Of a stretch of 64,000 nucleotides of DNA, positions 28,640-37,755 are shown one piece after another (the first letter of the stretch is position 1; every line of letters begins with the position of its first letter). A program made the position numbers and the translations under genes. The notes below the pieces were generated by a model. It worked only from the letters and a program-made list of their open reading frames with translations, searched no databases and had not been told where the DNA came from. Source of the stretch: Candidatus Woesearchaeota archaeon. GTDB lineage: Archaea > Nanobdellota > Nanobdellia > Pacearchaeales > GW2011-AR1. The stretch covers positions 4,173-68,172 of the forward strand of contig CAYQKM010000001.1 of NCBI GenBank assembly GCA_964418095.1. The letters run 5' to 3'.

Positions 28640-29065
28640 ATGGATTACACTATAATTATTTTTATTTTAATTTTTCTTGTAGGAATAGCTATAGCATATT
28701 TTGTTGGAAAGAAAACAGGAGTACTTCAAAGGGATAAGTATTGGGAAAGTGAATTACCTACTCAAAGAAAACAAGCAATAGCTCAATCAAGAGCAGTTTT
28801 AGGAGGACAGTTTTCAGAACAACTTTCACCTTATCTCCCAGGATTTAAGCACTCACCAACAGAGTGCAGATTTATTGGAAAGCCAATTGACTTTATCTGC
28901 TTTAAAGGAATGGATAATAAAGAAATAAATGAAGTAGTATTTGTAGAAGTTAAAAGCGGTAGAAAATCTAAATTATCTCCTCAAGAAAAAAATCTGAAAA
29001 AAACAATTATAGATAAAAAGGTTAAGTGGGAAGAGTATAGGGTTCCAGAAGAGATTACAGAATAG
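28640..29065 (+). CDS. Membrane-anchored Holliday-junction-resolvase-like PD-(D/E)xK endonuclease
   Basis: N-terminal TM, SRAVLGGQFSEQL.P, GKPIDF, FVEVKSG. Confidence 0.85.
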   Translation: MDYTIIIFILIFLVGIAIAYFVGKKTGVLQRDKYWESELPTQRKQAIAQSRAVLGGQFSEQLSPYLPGFKHSPTECRFIGKPIDFICFKGMDNKEINEVVFVEVKSGRKSKLSPQEKNLKKTIIDKKVKWEEYRVPEEITE

Positions 29066-29106
29066 AGCATAATAATCCTTAAATACTATTTCTTTGATAA
29101 AGCAAT

Positions 29107-29379
29107 ATGGAAGATAAAAACATACAAAACCTTGAAAGGCTTACAGAGAAATTTGGAAGAAAATATGATTTAATAGAGATTCAAGGACAGTCTGTTTATG
29201 GATGTACTTCTAAAGAAAGAAAATATTTAGGCCCATTAGCAGAGTATACAAGATACAAAAGACTAAAATTAAGATATAAGAGAGGTTTAGAACAAGATGG
29301 CTCTATTGAAGATAAAGATGAAAAAAGAGCTTACAAATTATTTCTAGAATCTTCAAGGTCTCGCAGAATTACTGAGTAG
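29107..29379 (+). CDS. Hypothetical protein
   Basis: 90-aa ORF. Confidence 0.5.
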   Translation: MEDKNIQNLERLTEKFGRKYDLIEIQGQSVYGCTSKERKYLGPLAEYTRYKRLKLRYKRGLEQDGSIEDKDEKRAYKLFLESSRSRRITE

Positions 29380-29416
29380 ACCCAAAATTTAAAAATCTCA
29401 AATACCTCCTAACAGC

Positions 29417-29722
29417 ATGAATATTAAACCTACAAAAAAGAAAGTGATTTGGACACCTGTTATTGCTCTCACAATAAATATAATTGTTCCATTAATTAAC
29501 TGGCTTATTACAACAATAACCTGGCCTTTAGTAATGAAATATATAGAATCAAATCAAGTTGAAGGATTATTTCAACCTGCTTTAGTAACCTCACTTGTAA
29601 CCTATTTTATTTCTCCATTAAATATAGGGATTTTTGTAGTTGAAATAATTGTAATTTATTTTGTCTGGAGTTTATTCCAAAGAAAAAAACCAAAAATGCC
29701 TAAGACCCCTAAAAGAAAATAA
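29417..29722 (+). CDS. Two-TM membrane protein
   Basis: Hydrophobic segments with basic ends. Confidence 0.55.
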   Translation: MNIKPTKKKVIWTPVIALTINIIVPLINWLITTITWPLVMKYIESNQVEGLFQPALVTSLVTYFISPLNIGIFVVEIIVIYFVWSLFQRKKPKMPKTPKRK

Positions 29723-29761
29723 AGCATAACTCTTAAAAATAGTATCTTATATCTTTTAATT

Positions 29762-30283
29762 ATGGCTAAAAAATTACTTAAGCACACTACAGAAGATAGA
29801 GAGTACGGGAAAATAGATTTTTTCTATAGTCCAGATATGAAAAAAGACATAGAACTTAATGATGAAAAAGCACTGGATATTGTAGCTTGGACAACTGTGG
29901 AGGCTTTTATAGGAATGAATCAAGAATACAATAAACTAGTAGAAGCAAATGCAAAGAAGAATAATTTAGAAAAAATAGCAATATTAGCAGCACATGGAGG
30001 AGCTGAAAAAAATAAGTGGGTTTATTTTATTAATGAAGATGCAAAGTCAATGCAAAGATGGATAAGCAGCATTGATGGAAAATACAAAGCTATAATACTT
30101 TACTCGTGCAACCCTGGAAGAAACGAAGTGTACACAAGAAAAACACCTGTTATTGCCCCTAATGAAGATTTTTCTCATAAACTACTTAATCAAGGAAGAG
30201 TCCAGATAGAGATTGTCATGCCAAACACAGGGCATGTTGACTCCTATCTTCTCGAAGAAGAATTGAAAAGATTAGAGGAGTGA
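29762..30283 (+). CDS. Hypothetical protein with possible caspase/CHAT-like His-Cys dyad
   Basis: IAILAAHGG and AIILYSCNPG motifs. Confidence 0.5.
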   Translation: MAKKLLKHTTEDREYGKIDFFYSPDMKKDIELNDEKALDIVAWTTVEAFIGMNQEYNKLVEANAKKNNLEKIAILAAHGGAEKNKWVYFINEDAKSMQRWISSIDGKYKAIILYSCNPGRNEVYTRKTPVIAPNEDFSHKLLNQGRVQIEIVMPNTGHVDSYLLEEELKRLEE

Positions 30284-30306
30284 GAAAAAATCTGATTATT
30301 TAAGAA

Positions 30307-31761
30307 TTACTTCAATAATTTTCCTAACTCTTCAAATCCATTTAATAATTCTTCAATTTCTTTTTTAGCTTCTTTTAGAATAACATTATTTTGCCTGTAA
30401 GTTATTTCAATCTCTTCTTCTTTTCTATATTTGTTAATAGATAAATCAAAATCATTAGATTTTATCTCTTCAATTGGGACAAAGAAATGTTTCTTAGTCC
30501 TATCTTCATTATCTTCTTTGTTTCTTTTTTCAAATCTTTCTAATATATCTGGAATATCATTCTTTTCAGGCTGGGGTATCCTTTTATCATCTAAACTATA
30601 ACCATCTGCTTCCATTTTATAGAACCAAACTTTTTCAGTAGGTTCGCCTTTTGTAAAAAATAGAACAGCAGTAGAAACTCCTGCATATGGTTTAAATACC
30701 CCCGAAGGCATAGATATAATAGCATCAAGCCTGCATTTTTCTAATAATAACTTTCTTATTGACTTGTGTGCCTTGGAATTACCAAATAAAACTCCATCCG
30801 GCACTATAACAGAACATCTTCCTCCCACAGATAAAGAATTATACATTAATTCTAAAAATAACAGTTCTGTTTTACTAGTGCTTATTGTAAATTCGTCTGA
30901 CTTTTCACTTTCATTTATAGATCCTTTGAATGGAGGATTAGCTAAAATTAAATCATATGTTCCATTTTCATTATATCTCTTGGATAATGTATCTTCTCCT
31001 TTAATTTGAGGATCAGTTATTCCGTGCATCATTAAATTCATAACCGCAATTCTAACCATTGTTCTATCAATATCATATCCATATAAAGATTCTTCATCTA
31101 ATATTTTCTTTTTTTGAGGGGTTAATGTGCTTACTCCATTTTTCTTGTTTCTATTCAAAATATACTCATAAGCATTAACTAAAAATCCAGCTGTTCCACA
31201 CGCAGGGTCTAATATTCTGTCTCCTAATTCTGGGTTTGCAAGTTCCACCATCATCTTAATTATATGCCTTGGAGTTCTGAATTGTCCATTTTTACCTGCA
31301 GTTGTTAGTTCAGATAGAAGGTACTCATAAATATCTCCTTGTGTATCCTGATTTTGTTCTTTAATATGTAAATCATTAATTATATTTACTGCTTCAATTA
31401 ATAAAGAAGCTGTTGGAAGAGAAAAACTTGCATCTTTCATGTATTTAGAATATAATGAATCTTTTTCTCCGAGTTCTCTCATAAATGGAAAGACAACATC
31501 TCTTACATGAGCTAGGATTCTATCAGAAGGCATCTCAGTCCAAACAGACCATCTGCAATTTTCATGTCCTGTAAATATAGAATTGAACTTAATGCCTTTT
31601 AATGTTGCATTTTGTTGCTCCAGAACATCTTTATCCTGCATTTTCTTCATGAAGATAAGATATGATATTTGCTCAATTGCCTGAAGAGGATTGCTAATGC
31701 CTCCGCTCCAGAATTTATCCCATAACTTGCGTATTTTTGATTTAAGGTCAGCATGTAACAT
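30307..31761 (-). CDS. hsdM: Type I R-M methyltransferase subunit M
   Basis: GQFRTPRHI, DPACGTAGFL, NPPF, GVFKPYAGV. Confidence 0.95.
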   Translation of the reverse strand: MLHADLKSKIRKLWDKFWSGGISNPLQAIEQISYLIFMKKMQDKDVLEQQNATLKGIKFNSIFTGHENCRWSVWTEMPSDRILAHVRDVVFPFMRELGEKDSLYSKYMKDASFSLPTASLLIEAVNIINDLHIKEQNQDTQGDIYEYLLSELTTAGKNGQFRTPRHIIKMMVELANPELGDRILDPACGTAGFLVNAYEYILNRNKKNGVSTLTPQKKKILDEESLYGYDIDRTMVRIAVMNLMMHGITDPQIKGEDTLSKRYNENGTYDLILANPPFKGSINESEKSDEFTISTSKTELLFLELMYNSLSVGGRCSVIVPDGVLFGNSKAHKSIRKLLLEKCRLDAIISMPSGVFKPYAGVSTAVLFFTKGEPTEKVWFYKMEADGYSLDDKRIPQPEKNDIPDILERFEKRNKEDNEDRTKKHFFVPIEEIKSNDFDLSINKYRKEEEIEITYRQNNVILKEAKKEIEELLNGFEELGKLLK

Positions 31762-31763
31762 GT

Positions 31764-32597
31764 TTATTGTTGTGAATCCTCCTTTTTAGATTTTTTTAGA
31801 AAGGTAAGATTTTCAAATAAATTAGTAAACTTATCAATTAGCCTTTCTTGTTTTTCTAGATTTATTTTAATATCTGTTTCTACTCTTTTTATGTTTGCTT
31901 TTGGAAAATTATAAAATTTGTCTCCACTATTTAAATGGATATATTCTTCATCTTGTTTAATTAGCCTACCAGTAAATTTTTTTTCATTTAAATCTATAAT
32001 TTTAACTTCATTATATTTAATTGTCTTTGCTGTATGAAGGACAATTATTTTATTTAGTGTTGGCAATAAACAGATTAAGATAAAAATACGGACTATCCAA
32101 TTATCAAAAAATAAAAAAATGTTTATAGAGATGAAGATAGTTAAGTATCCAATTATTAAAACAAATATTTGATTAGGCAAGGTCATGAAAAATTTCTTAA
32201 AGAACTGATTTAGTTTTGTTTTCGTTTTCAAATCTATTCCAAATTTTTTGATATTTCTCAAACACACCTCATAAAAATAGGAATCTTTTTTATTTCTTAT
32301 TATTTCAAAGATTTTCATTTTAATATACAAATAAAAATACAATAAACTATAAATTAACCAAAAAAGCAAAAATCCAACTATTGTTAAATTTAATTTTAAA
32401 TTAGGAAAATAATAAAAAAATAACAATGGGATTATGATGTATATTAAAAATAGGATAAAACCAATTATATAGTTAAGGCTCTTATTTTCTTTGGAGGGAT
32501 AAAAATCTAACACGACCTTGCCCAAATAAAATGAGAGAATTCCAGCTATACTGATAAACAATGTTATCCCTCCTGGGGTTAAATATTCTTCAATCAT
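31764..32597 (-). CDS. Multi-pass membrane protein with C-terminal Sm/LSm-like beta domain
   Basis: About 5 TM segments, then VKIIDLNEKKFTGRLIKQDEEYIHL...FPKANIKRVE. Confidence 0.55.
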   Translation of the reverse strand: MIEEYLTPGGITLFISIAGILSFYLGKVVLDFYPSKENKSLNYIIGFILFLIYIIIPLLFFYYFPNLKLNLTIVGFLLFWLIYSLLYFYLYIKMKIFEIIRNKKDSYFYEVCLRNIKKFGIDLKTKTKLNQFFKKFFMTLPNQIFVLIIGYLTIFISINIFLFFDNWIVRIFILICLLPTLNKIIVLHTAKTIKYNEVKIIDLNEKKFTGRLIKQDEEYIHLNSGDKFYNFPKANIKRVETDIKINLEKQERLIDKFTNLFENLTFLKKSKKEDSQQ

Positions 32598-32599
32598 CT

Positions 32600-33658
32600 C
32601 TACAACTCTCCTCTAAACGCCTTCTGCATCAAAGAATTAAATAATTCTTCAGAGTTTTGTTTAGTTTTATTAATATTTTCTTTCATCTTCTCAACTTGTT
32701 CAACAATTGAAGCAAATTTTTGCTGAAGGGAGAGAGGGACGTCTACGAAATCCATATTATAGATATCGTACCTGTTCAAACCAGGTATTGCAGTAGACCT
32801 GTCCAATTTTAAATTATATGATTTTAATAAATAATATAAAAAAATAAAATTTGTTCCCTTAAATGGAATTAGATAATAGGTAGTATCTATAGCCCAAAAA
32901 TCATCTTTAGAATAATTAACTTTTCCTATTGAACCTTTTCTTCCGATAACAATTCCCGGGCCTTTAATTAAAAACTTTGAATGATTTCCAACTACTCCGT
33001 TAGACCCATAAACAGAATATTTTCCACCATCTCTCTCTTTTTCGGGTAATCCTTTACCATATGCTAACTCAAACATTTCTTTTCCTTTTTTTCTCTCAAA
33101 TCCTTTATTATAAAACATCTCATAAAAAACACTCTTTAAATATTCATCAAGCAATTCCTCTGCCCTCTGCCCTCTTTCCCTTAGCTTTTCTGCTTTTTCT
33201 AAGATTGAAACAATTCTTTCTTGTTCTTTTAAGTCTGGAATACCGTTAGAGAAAGGAAGGGGGATTTTTATCTTAATCAAATAAGACTTTGAGAGGTGCT
33301 TTAAACCAGCCCCTTTAAATCCTTGTTCTAAAAGGTATATTCTTGATTTTAGTAGAAAATAGAGAAACTTTGCATTGTGGTCTACCACTCTTACCACAAA
33401 ACAATCATTGGAAGATGAGAAATTCTCATTACAATAATGCACCGCAGCCTTACCACCGGTTGACAGAATCAAATGTGCTCCTTCATAATCTGGATTGTCA
33501 ATAAATTTTGTCTGCTCTGGACTTGATGTAAAAAATTTGTACTTTCCTTCATCGAAGCCATCTCCGGCTTTTTTACCGCTTTTAGGCTCAAACGTTAATA
33601 TCTCCTTTAATTCAACTTCTTTCCATTCAATTTGATTAGTTTGTGTTTGTTGTGTCAT
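32600..33658 (-). CDS. hsdS: Type I R-M specificity subunit S
   Basis: Two TRDs with conserved IPLP...EQERIV and VP..LQQKF helices, end LMQKAFRGEL. Confidence 0.92.
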   Translation of the reverse strand: MTQQTQTNQIEWKEVELKEILTFEPKSGKKAGDGFDEGKYKFFTSSPEQTKFIDNPDYEGAHLILSTGGKAAVHYCNENFSSSNDCFVVRVVDHNAKFLYFLLKSRIYLLEQGFKGAGLKHLSKSYLIKIKIPLPFSNGIPDLKEQERIVSILEKAEKLRERGQRAEELLDEYLKSVFYEMFYNKGFERKKGKEMFELAYGKGLPEKERDGGKYSVYGSNGVVGNHSKFLIKGPGIVIGRKGSIGKVNYSKDDFWAIDTTYYLIPFKGTNFIFLYYLLKSYNLKLDRSTAIPGLNRYDIYNMDFVDVPLSLQQKFASIVEQVEKMKENINKTKQNSEELFNSLMQKAFRGEL

Positions 33659-33659
33659 T

Positions 33660-33965
33660 TTATTTGAAGATTAAAATTTTTAGTAAAATTGTTGAAATTG
33701 TGAATAATGAAAGAGGAACATGAAACTCAAAATTAAAAATCTTAAGATTGATAGTCCAAAAAATATTTTTTAATTTATCATCTGAAAATAATTCTATCAG
33801 ACCACCGCAAATTGCTGAAAAAACCAAGCCTATCCCCAAAGAAATAAATAGATTAGTTAAATTATCTATAGTTTTTATAGATAATCCCATCAAAGTTCCT
33901 ACTAATACAGTTAAAATTACTATGTAAATTAAAATCTGAAGAGATTTTTTAACACTCATTTTCAT
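33660..33965 (-). CDS. Small three-TM membrane protein
   Basis: Hydrophobic ORF ending 1 nt before hsdS start. Confidence 0.55.
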   Translation of the reverse strand: MKMSVKKSLQILIYIVILTVLVGTLMGLSIKTIDNLTNLFISLGIGLVFSAICGGLIELFSDDKLKNIFWTINLKIFNFEFHVPLSLFTISTILLKILIFK

Positions 33966-34064
33966 TCTTCCATTCTCTCCTTGACTTTTATGTTTATTCT
34001 CTTACCTTTTTTCATTTTATCTTTCTCTCCGAAACATTTTTATAGTTCATCTTATTATATCTTT

Positions 34065-34157
34065 TGTAAGCGGGCCGGTTCCATAAAAGGTTTGATTATT
34101 CAAACTGACCAGCTCTTTATGAGTGTGATTGGTTGGGAAGACCGCTAATCGCTTACA
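34065..34157 (-). ncRNA. Putative structured RNA 3' of the RNase H-fold gene (DUF3800-RNA-like)
   Basis: Closing stem TGTAAGCG/CGCTTACA, inner stems CATAAAG/TTTTATG and GTTTGA/TCAAAC, pseudoknot pairing GCTGGT/ACCGGC; locally GC-rich. Confidence 0.6.
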
Positions 34158-34659
34158 CTTTATTTTTTTTTAATTCCTCCCAATTTTGTTTTATAAGATT
34201 AAAGGTTATCTCTACTACATTCAATTTTCTCCCTCGAATTTGCTTGTTTAGTTTTAATGCTCTTCTTCTGTAAATCCCCGCGTAGTTATCTGCAAAAGAA
34301 CCTATATTCCTCCCAAGCCTTTTCCTAAATTCAGAAATATTTATTATTTCAAAATCAACTGGTTTCAATAATTGATTTAACACTTTCTTAACAATGTTAA
34401 AATCTTCATCATTACAGATAATTAATGTCTTTATATTTCTACGGACATTTTTAACAAGCAAGGAAATGCAAATAGCATAAAGTTTAGCTGAGTCTTCGTA
34501 AATATTTTTTTGAAATAATTTTCTTTTTATTAGTTTAACAAGATTCCCTCTTAGGGCACATCCATAATGTATCTCTTTATTTGTGCTAACTAAAGCAATT
34601 CCAATTGTTCTTTCTTCATAAATTCTTCCGCTCATATCAATATGAAAATCTTTTTTCAT
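34153..34659 (-). CDS. RNase H-fold protein, DUF3800-like
   Basis: N-terminal FHIDMSG (cf. xxDESG), ICNDED, late SFADNYA (cf. LADxxA). Confidence 0.55.
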   Translation of the reverse strand: MKKDFHIDMSGRIYEERTIGIALVSTNKEIHYGCALRGNLVKLIKRKLFQKNIYEDSAKLYAICISLLVKNVRRNIKTLIICNDEDFNIVKKVLNQLLKPVDFEIINISEFRKRLGRNIGSFADNYAGIYRRRALKLNKQIRGRKLNVVEITFNLIKQNWEELKKNKV

Positions 34660-34829
34660 TTCTCTTCCTCCAATCCGCTCTCCTTTCTAATCATCTCCCT
34701 AAGTTTTGTATTTATTGTCTTTCCTTCTTGCTCACAAATTTTTTTGAAAAAGAGAAATTCACTCATGTAAAGGCGAGTACCGACTACTTTACGCTCCTCA
34801 CCACTTAAAGGGTTATTTTTTAAAACCAT
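34656..34829 (-). CDS. 57-aa ribbon-helix-helix (CopG/Arc-like) protein, not in ORF track
   Basis: Translated by hand: MVLKNNPLSGEERKVVGTRLYMSEFLFFKKICEQEGKTINTKLREMIRKESGLEEEK; ATGA overlap with next gene; TTTAAA about 25 bp upstream. Confidence 0.7.
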   Translation of the reverse strand: MVLKNNPLSGEERKVVGTRLYMSEFLFFKKICEQEGKTINTKLREMIRKESGLEEEK

Positions 34830-34959
34830 AAAAAAAGGAAATATCCTATACTATTTAAAGATTTAGATAATTAACTGTTTACACTTTTTTTCACTTTTTG
34901 AGCAGATACAGTTCTTTTCTCTCTATCTAATGTACAAATACTAAAAGAGAATACAGATT

Positions 34960-37707
34960 TTATTTCCATTTTAATTTATTACACCTTTGTACAATTATCT
35001 CAAGCTGTTTTTTAGTGAAAATGTCTAATGGTCTTTTTTCTGCTAAAGGGTGTTCTGCAAAGCTCTTTAATTCAATATGTTTTGTCCTGATAAAGACTTG
35101 CTCTAAGAATCTCAAAAATTTAAGCTGTTCAGAATTATAGTGCTCGTTTTTATCTGCTACATATTTATCAAACTCCCATTTAATCATTTCTTGTGGATCT
35201 GGCAAATCTTTTATTTCTAATAATCCTCTTAAAAACACTATAAAATCTCTATCTCTTTGGATATTTTCAATAGTAAGAGTAGGGTTTAATTCTCTAAGCT
35301 GTTTTTCAATTTCTAAAAGTTCTTTAGAAGTAACCCCCTCCCCATCTTTAATTTTCTTTAGTAATTCATTACTATTTATGAAATATTCATAGTCTGGGCT
35401 TTCTTTTACTAGCATTATCTCTTTTTCAACCTTCAAAACAATATCAGGAGCATTAATTTCTACCATCTTTTCTCTGTCTGGTTCATAAAAAATCATCAAA
35501 GGAGCTATTTCCTTTATTAAGAAATCAACATCTTCAAAAGTAATTTCTTCCCAAAATGTTTCTTGTTTGATTCTTATTAAGTCTTTTTGCTTTTGCTTTA
35601 TTGTATCTAAGTTTTTATCCCAAATCAATTTTACTCTTTTAACTACAAATTCTTGTATTTTTCCTATTTCTTCTTTATTGTTTTCTTTAATATAACCAAA
35701 TAGTTTAATACATTTGGAGACAAAACCATAAACTTTAGAATTTTCAGAAGGCGCATAAATTAATAATGGGGAAATATCATCTCTTAATTCCTTAACATGC
35801 GCCTTTAAATCAAACTTAGAAGAGACAATCTTTTTAATCATCCCTTTTTTTTCAAGAACTAATGGAGAATTTAGATCAATATTTTTTATAGTATCTCTAA
35901 TTTGTTTTTCTATAACCTTTCTCTCTTTATCACCTAGCCTTTTTTCTAATGTATTTACTTGTTCTAAGAAAATTCTTGTCTTAGCATCTGTTTCAGGAGA
36001 TTTTTGTTTCAAATTATCTAATTTATGCATTAAAACATTAGACCAATCTCCAAATTTAAAGTCTAAAATTAAAAAATCTTCTTTTATGTGTTGCCCATCC
36101 TTATTAGTTGGAAGCCATTCTTTATATTTACAGGCAGAGATATTTCTTGTTCCTCTTCCAAGCATCTGCCAAAATCTTATTGGAGACATAACTGGTTTAA
36201 CAAAAACTAAATTCATTACTTCAGGTATATCTACCCCTGTATCTAAAACCCCTACAGATAAAGCAATCCTTGGACTATCTCTCTTTACAAATCTTTTTAC
36301 TTCATCCATGTAACGAGATTTATCTGAAGTAATTACCTTTACATCTTTAGATAAATTTGGATATAATTTATGAAAGAGTAGCTCTAATGCTTCTGCATGC
36401 TTTACACTAGCACAAAAGAATATACTTTTACATGGGCGATTGTCATCTGATTTGTAACATCTTTCAATAAATTCTCTAATTATTAATTCATTTGTTTTCT
36501 TATCAGTAAAAGATCTTTCAAACTTGGAACCAGGAGTTTGAAATTTTTCTGGTTCTCTTTCTTGCTCTTTTAATTTTTGTTGTAATTCTTTACTTAATTT
36601 TTTTCCTTCAATTCCTAGAGATAAAATCTTGGTTTCAATAATCTCTGAAACATAAGGAACTAGAACACCATCATTCACTGCATCCAAATAATCATACTTC
36701 ACTGTAGGTTTATTCTCATCACAATTAAATAGTTTAAATGTGTCTCTTGTTTCTATAGATGAAGGAGTTGCAGTTAACCCTATTTTAAGGGCATCAAAAT
36801 ATTTGAATATGTCATTATTTCTATCATAATAAGATCTATGAGCTTCGTCAAATATAATTAAATCAAATGCCCCTGTTCCAAACATCTCATAAAATTTACC
36901 TCTCGGTTTTTGAGAAGACATTAATGTTTGTATAGTAGATACATACAATCTAGCACTGCTAGAGTATCCTTCTACATTTAGCTCGCAAACAGGATCATCT
37001 GGAAAAAACTCTTTAAATCCATTTTCTTTAGCTTGATTCCCTAAAGAAATTCTATCAGTTACAAATAATACTTTTTGGACATAGTCTGCTTTTCTAAGAG
37101 CTTCAATAATTGCCATTGCAACTCTAGTTTTGCCTGTTCCTGTTGCCATATTAACCAATGCTTCCCTATGGCCTTTGGAAAAATGCTCTAACACTCCCTT
37201 TACAGCTTCTATACCTCTCATCCTATCAACAATTTTGGGGTTAATCTTAATATTAGATGGGTCTTTTTTCTTTTGCATTAACTCAACAATTCTATGCAAA
37301 TCTTTTTGAGAAAATGGCAGTTTTACCTGTCTCCTTCTATCTAAATCATCAACATAATACCATTTTTCTCCATTTGTTAAGAAAATAGGAATTTTTCTTT
37401 TAATTTGCTTTTCAATATCTTCTCTATATGTTCTTGCTTGTATCTCTCCATTTTCAACACCAACAGAAGTCTTTTTTGACTCTATTATTGCAAGTGGACT
37501 CCTATCATCATCTAAAAGTAAATAATCAATAAAATGATCTACTCCTTTTTCAATTCCTGCTTCACGACCTATATATTCTTTTGTGTTAAAATCAGATTTT
37601 ACAGAATTTACTTCTTCTTTTACATAACCTCCTCTAATTTTCCAACCTACTCTTTCTAAGACTGGGTCAATTAGATTTTTTCTTGTTTCTGCTTCTGATA
37701 AACTCAT
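34960..37707 (-). CDS. hsdR: Type I R-M restriction subunit R (EcoEI/EcoAI-like)
   Basis: IDY...IIESKK nuclease, MATGTGKT, DEAH, GLTATP, LDTGVD, QMLGRGTR. Confidence 0.93.
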   Translation of the reverse strand: MSLSEAETRKNLIDPVLERVGWKIRGGYVKEEVNSVKSDFNTKEYIGREAGIEKGVDHFIDYLLLDDDRSPLAIIESKKTSVGVENGEIQARTYREDIEKQIKRKIPIFLTNGEKWYYVDDLDRRRQVKLPFSQKDLHRIVELMQKKKDPSNIKINPKIVDRMRGIEAVKGVLEHFSKGHREALVNMATGTGKTRVAMAIIEALRKADYVQKVLFVTDRISLGNQAKENGFKEFFPDDPVCELNVEGYSSSARLYVSTIQTLMSSQKPRGKFYEMFGTGAFDLIIFDEAHRSYYDRNNDIFKYFDALKIGLTATPSSIETRDTFKLFNCDENKPTVKYDYLDAVNDGVLVPYVSEIIETKILSLGIEGKKLSKELQQKLKEQEREPEKFQTPGSKFERSFTDKKTNELIIREFIERCYKSDDNRPCKSIFFCASVKHAEALELLFHKLYPNLSKDVKVITSDKSRYMDEVKRFVKRDSPRIALSVGVLDTGVDIPEVMNLVFVKPVMSPIRFWQMLGRGTRNISACKYKEWLPTNKDGQHIKEDFLILDFKFGDWSNVLMHKLDNLKQKSPETDAKTRIFLEQVNTLEKRLGDKERKVIEKQIRDTIKNIDLNSPLVLEKKGMIKKIVSSKFDLKAHVKELRDDISPLLIYAPSENSKVYGFVSKCIKLFGYIKENNKEEIGKIQEFVVKRVKLIWDKNLDTIKQKQKDLIRIKQETFWEEITFEDVDFLIKEIAPLMIFYEPDREKMVEINAPDIVLKVEKEIMLVKESPDYEYFINSNELLKKIKDGEGVTSKELLEIEKQLRELNPTLTIENIQRDRDFIVFLRGLLEIKDLPDPQEMIKWEFDKYVADKNEHYNSEQLKFLRFLEQVFIRTKHIELKSFAEHPLAEKRPLDIFTKKQLEIIVQRCNKLKWK

Positions 37708-37755
37708 ACTATTATTACATTCTAGAAGTATAAAAGATTAACCTTTATTTATCCC

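Noticed and set aside
34731..34751. Possible frameshift or phase variation in the homopolymer of the RHH gene
   Set aside because: Recounting gives seven T's, so the frame is intact
34605..34808. 67-aa plus-strand ORF in the track
   Set aside because: Overlaps the better supported minus-strand RHH ORF that is coupled to the next gene
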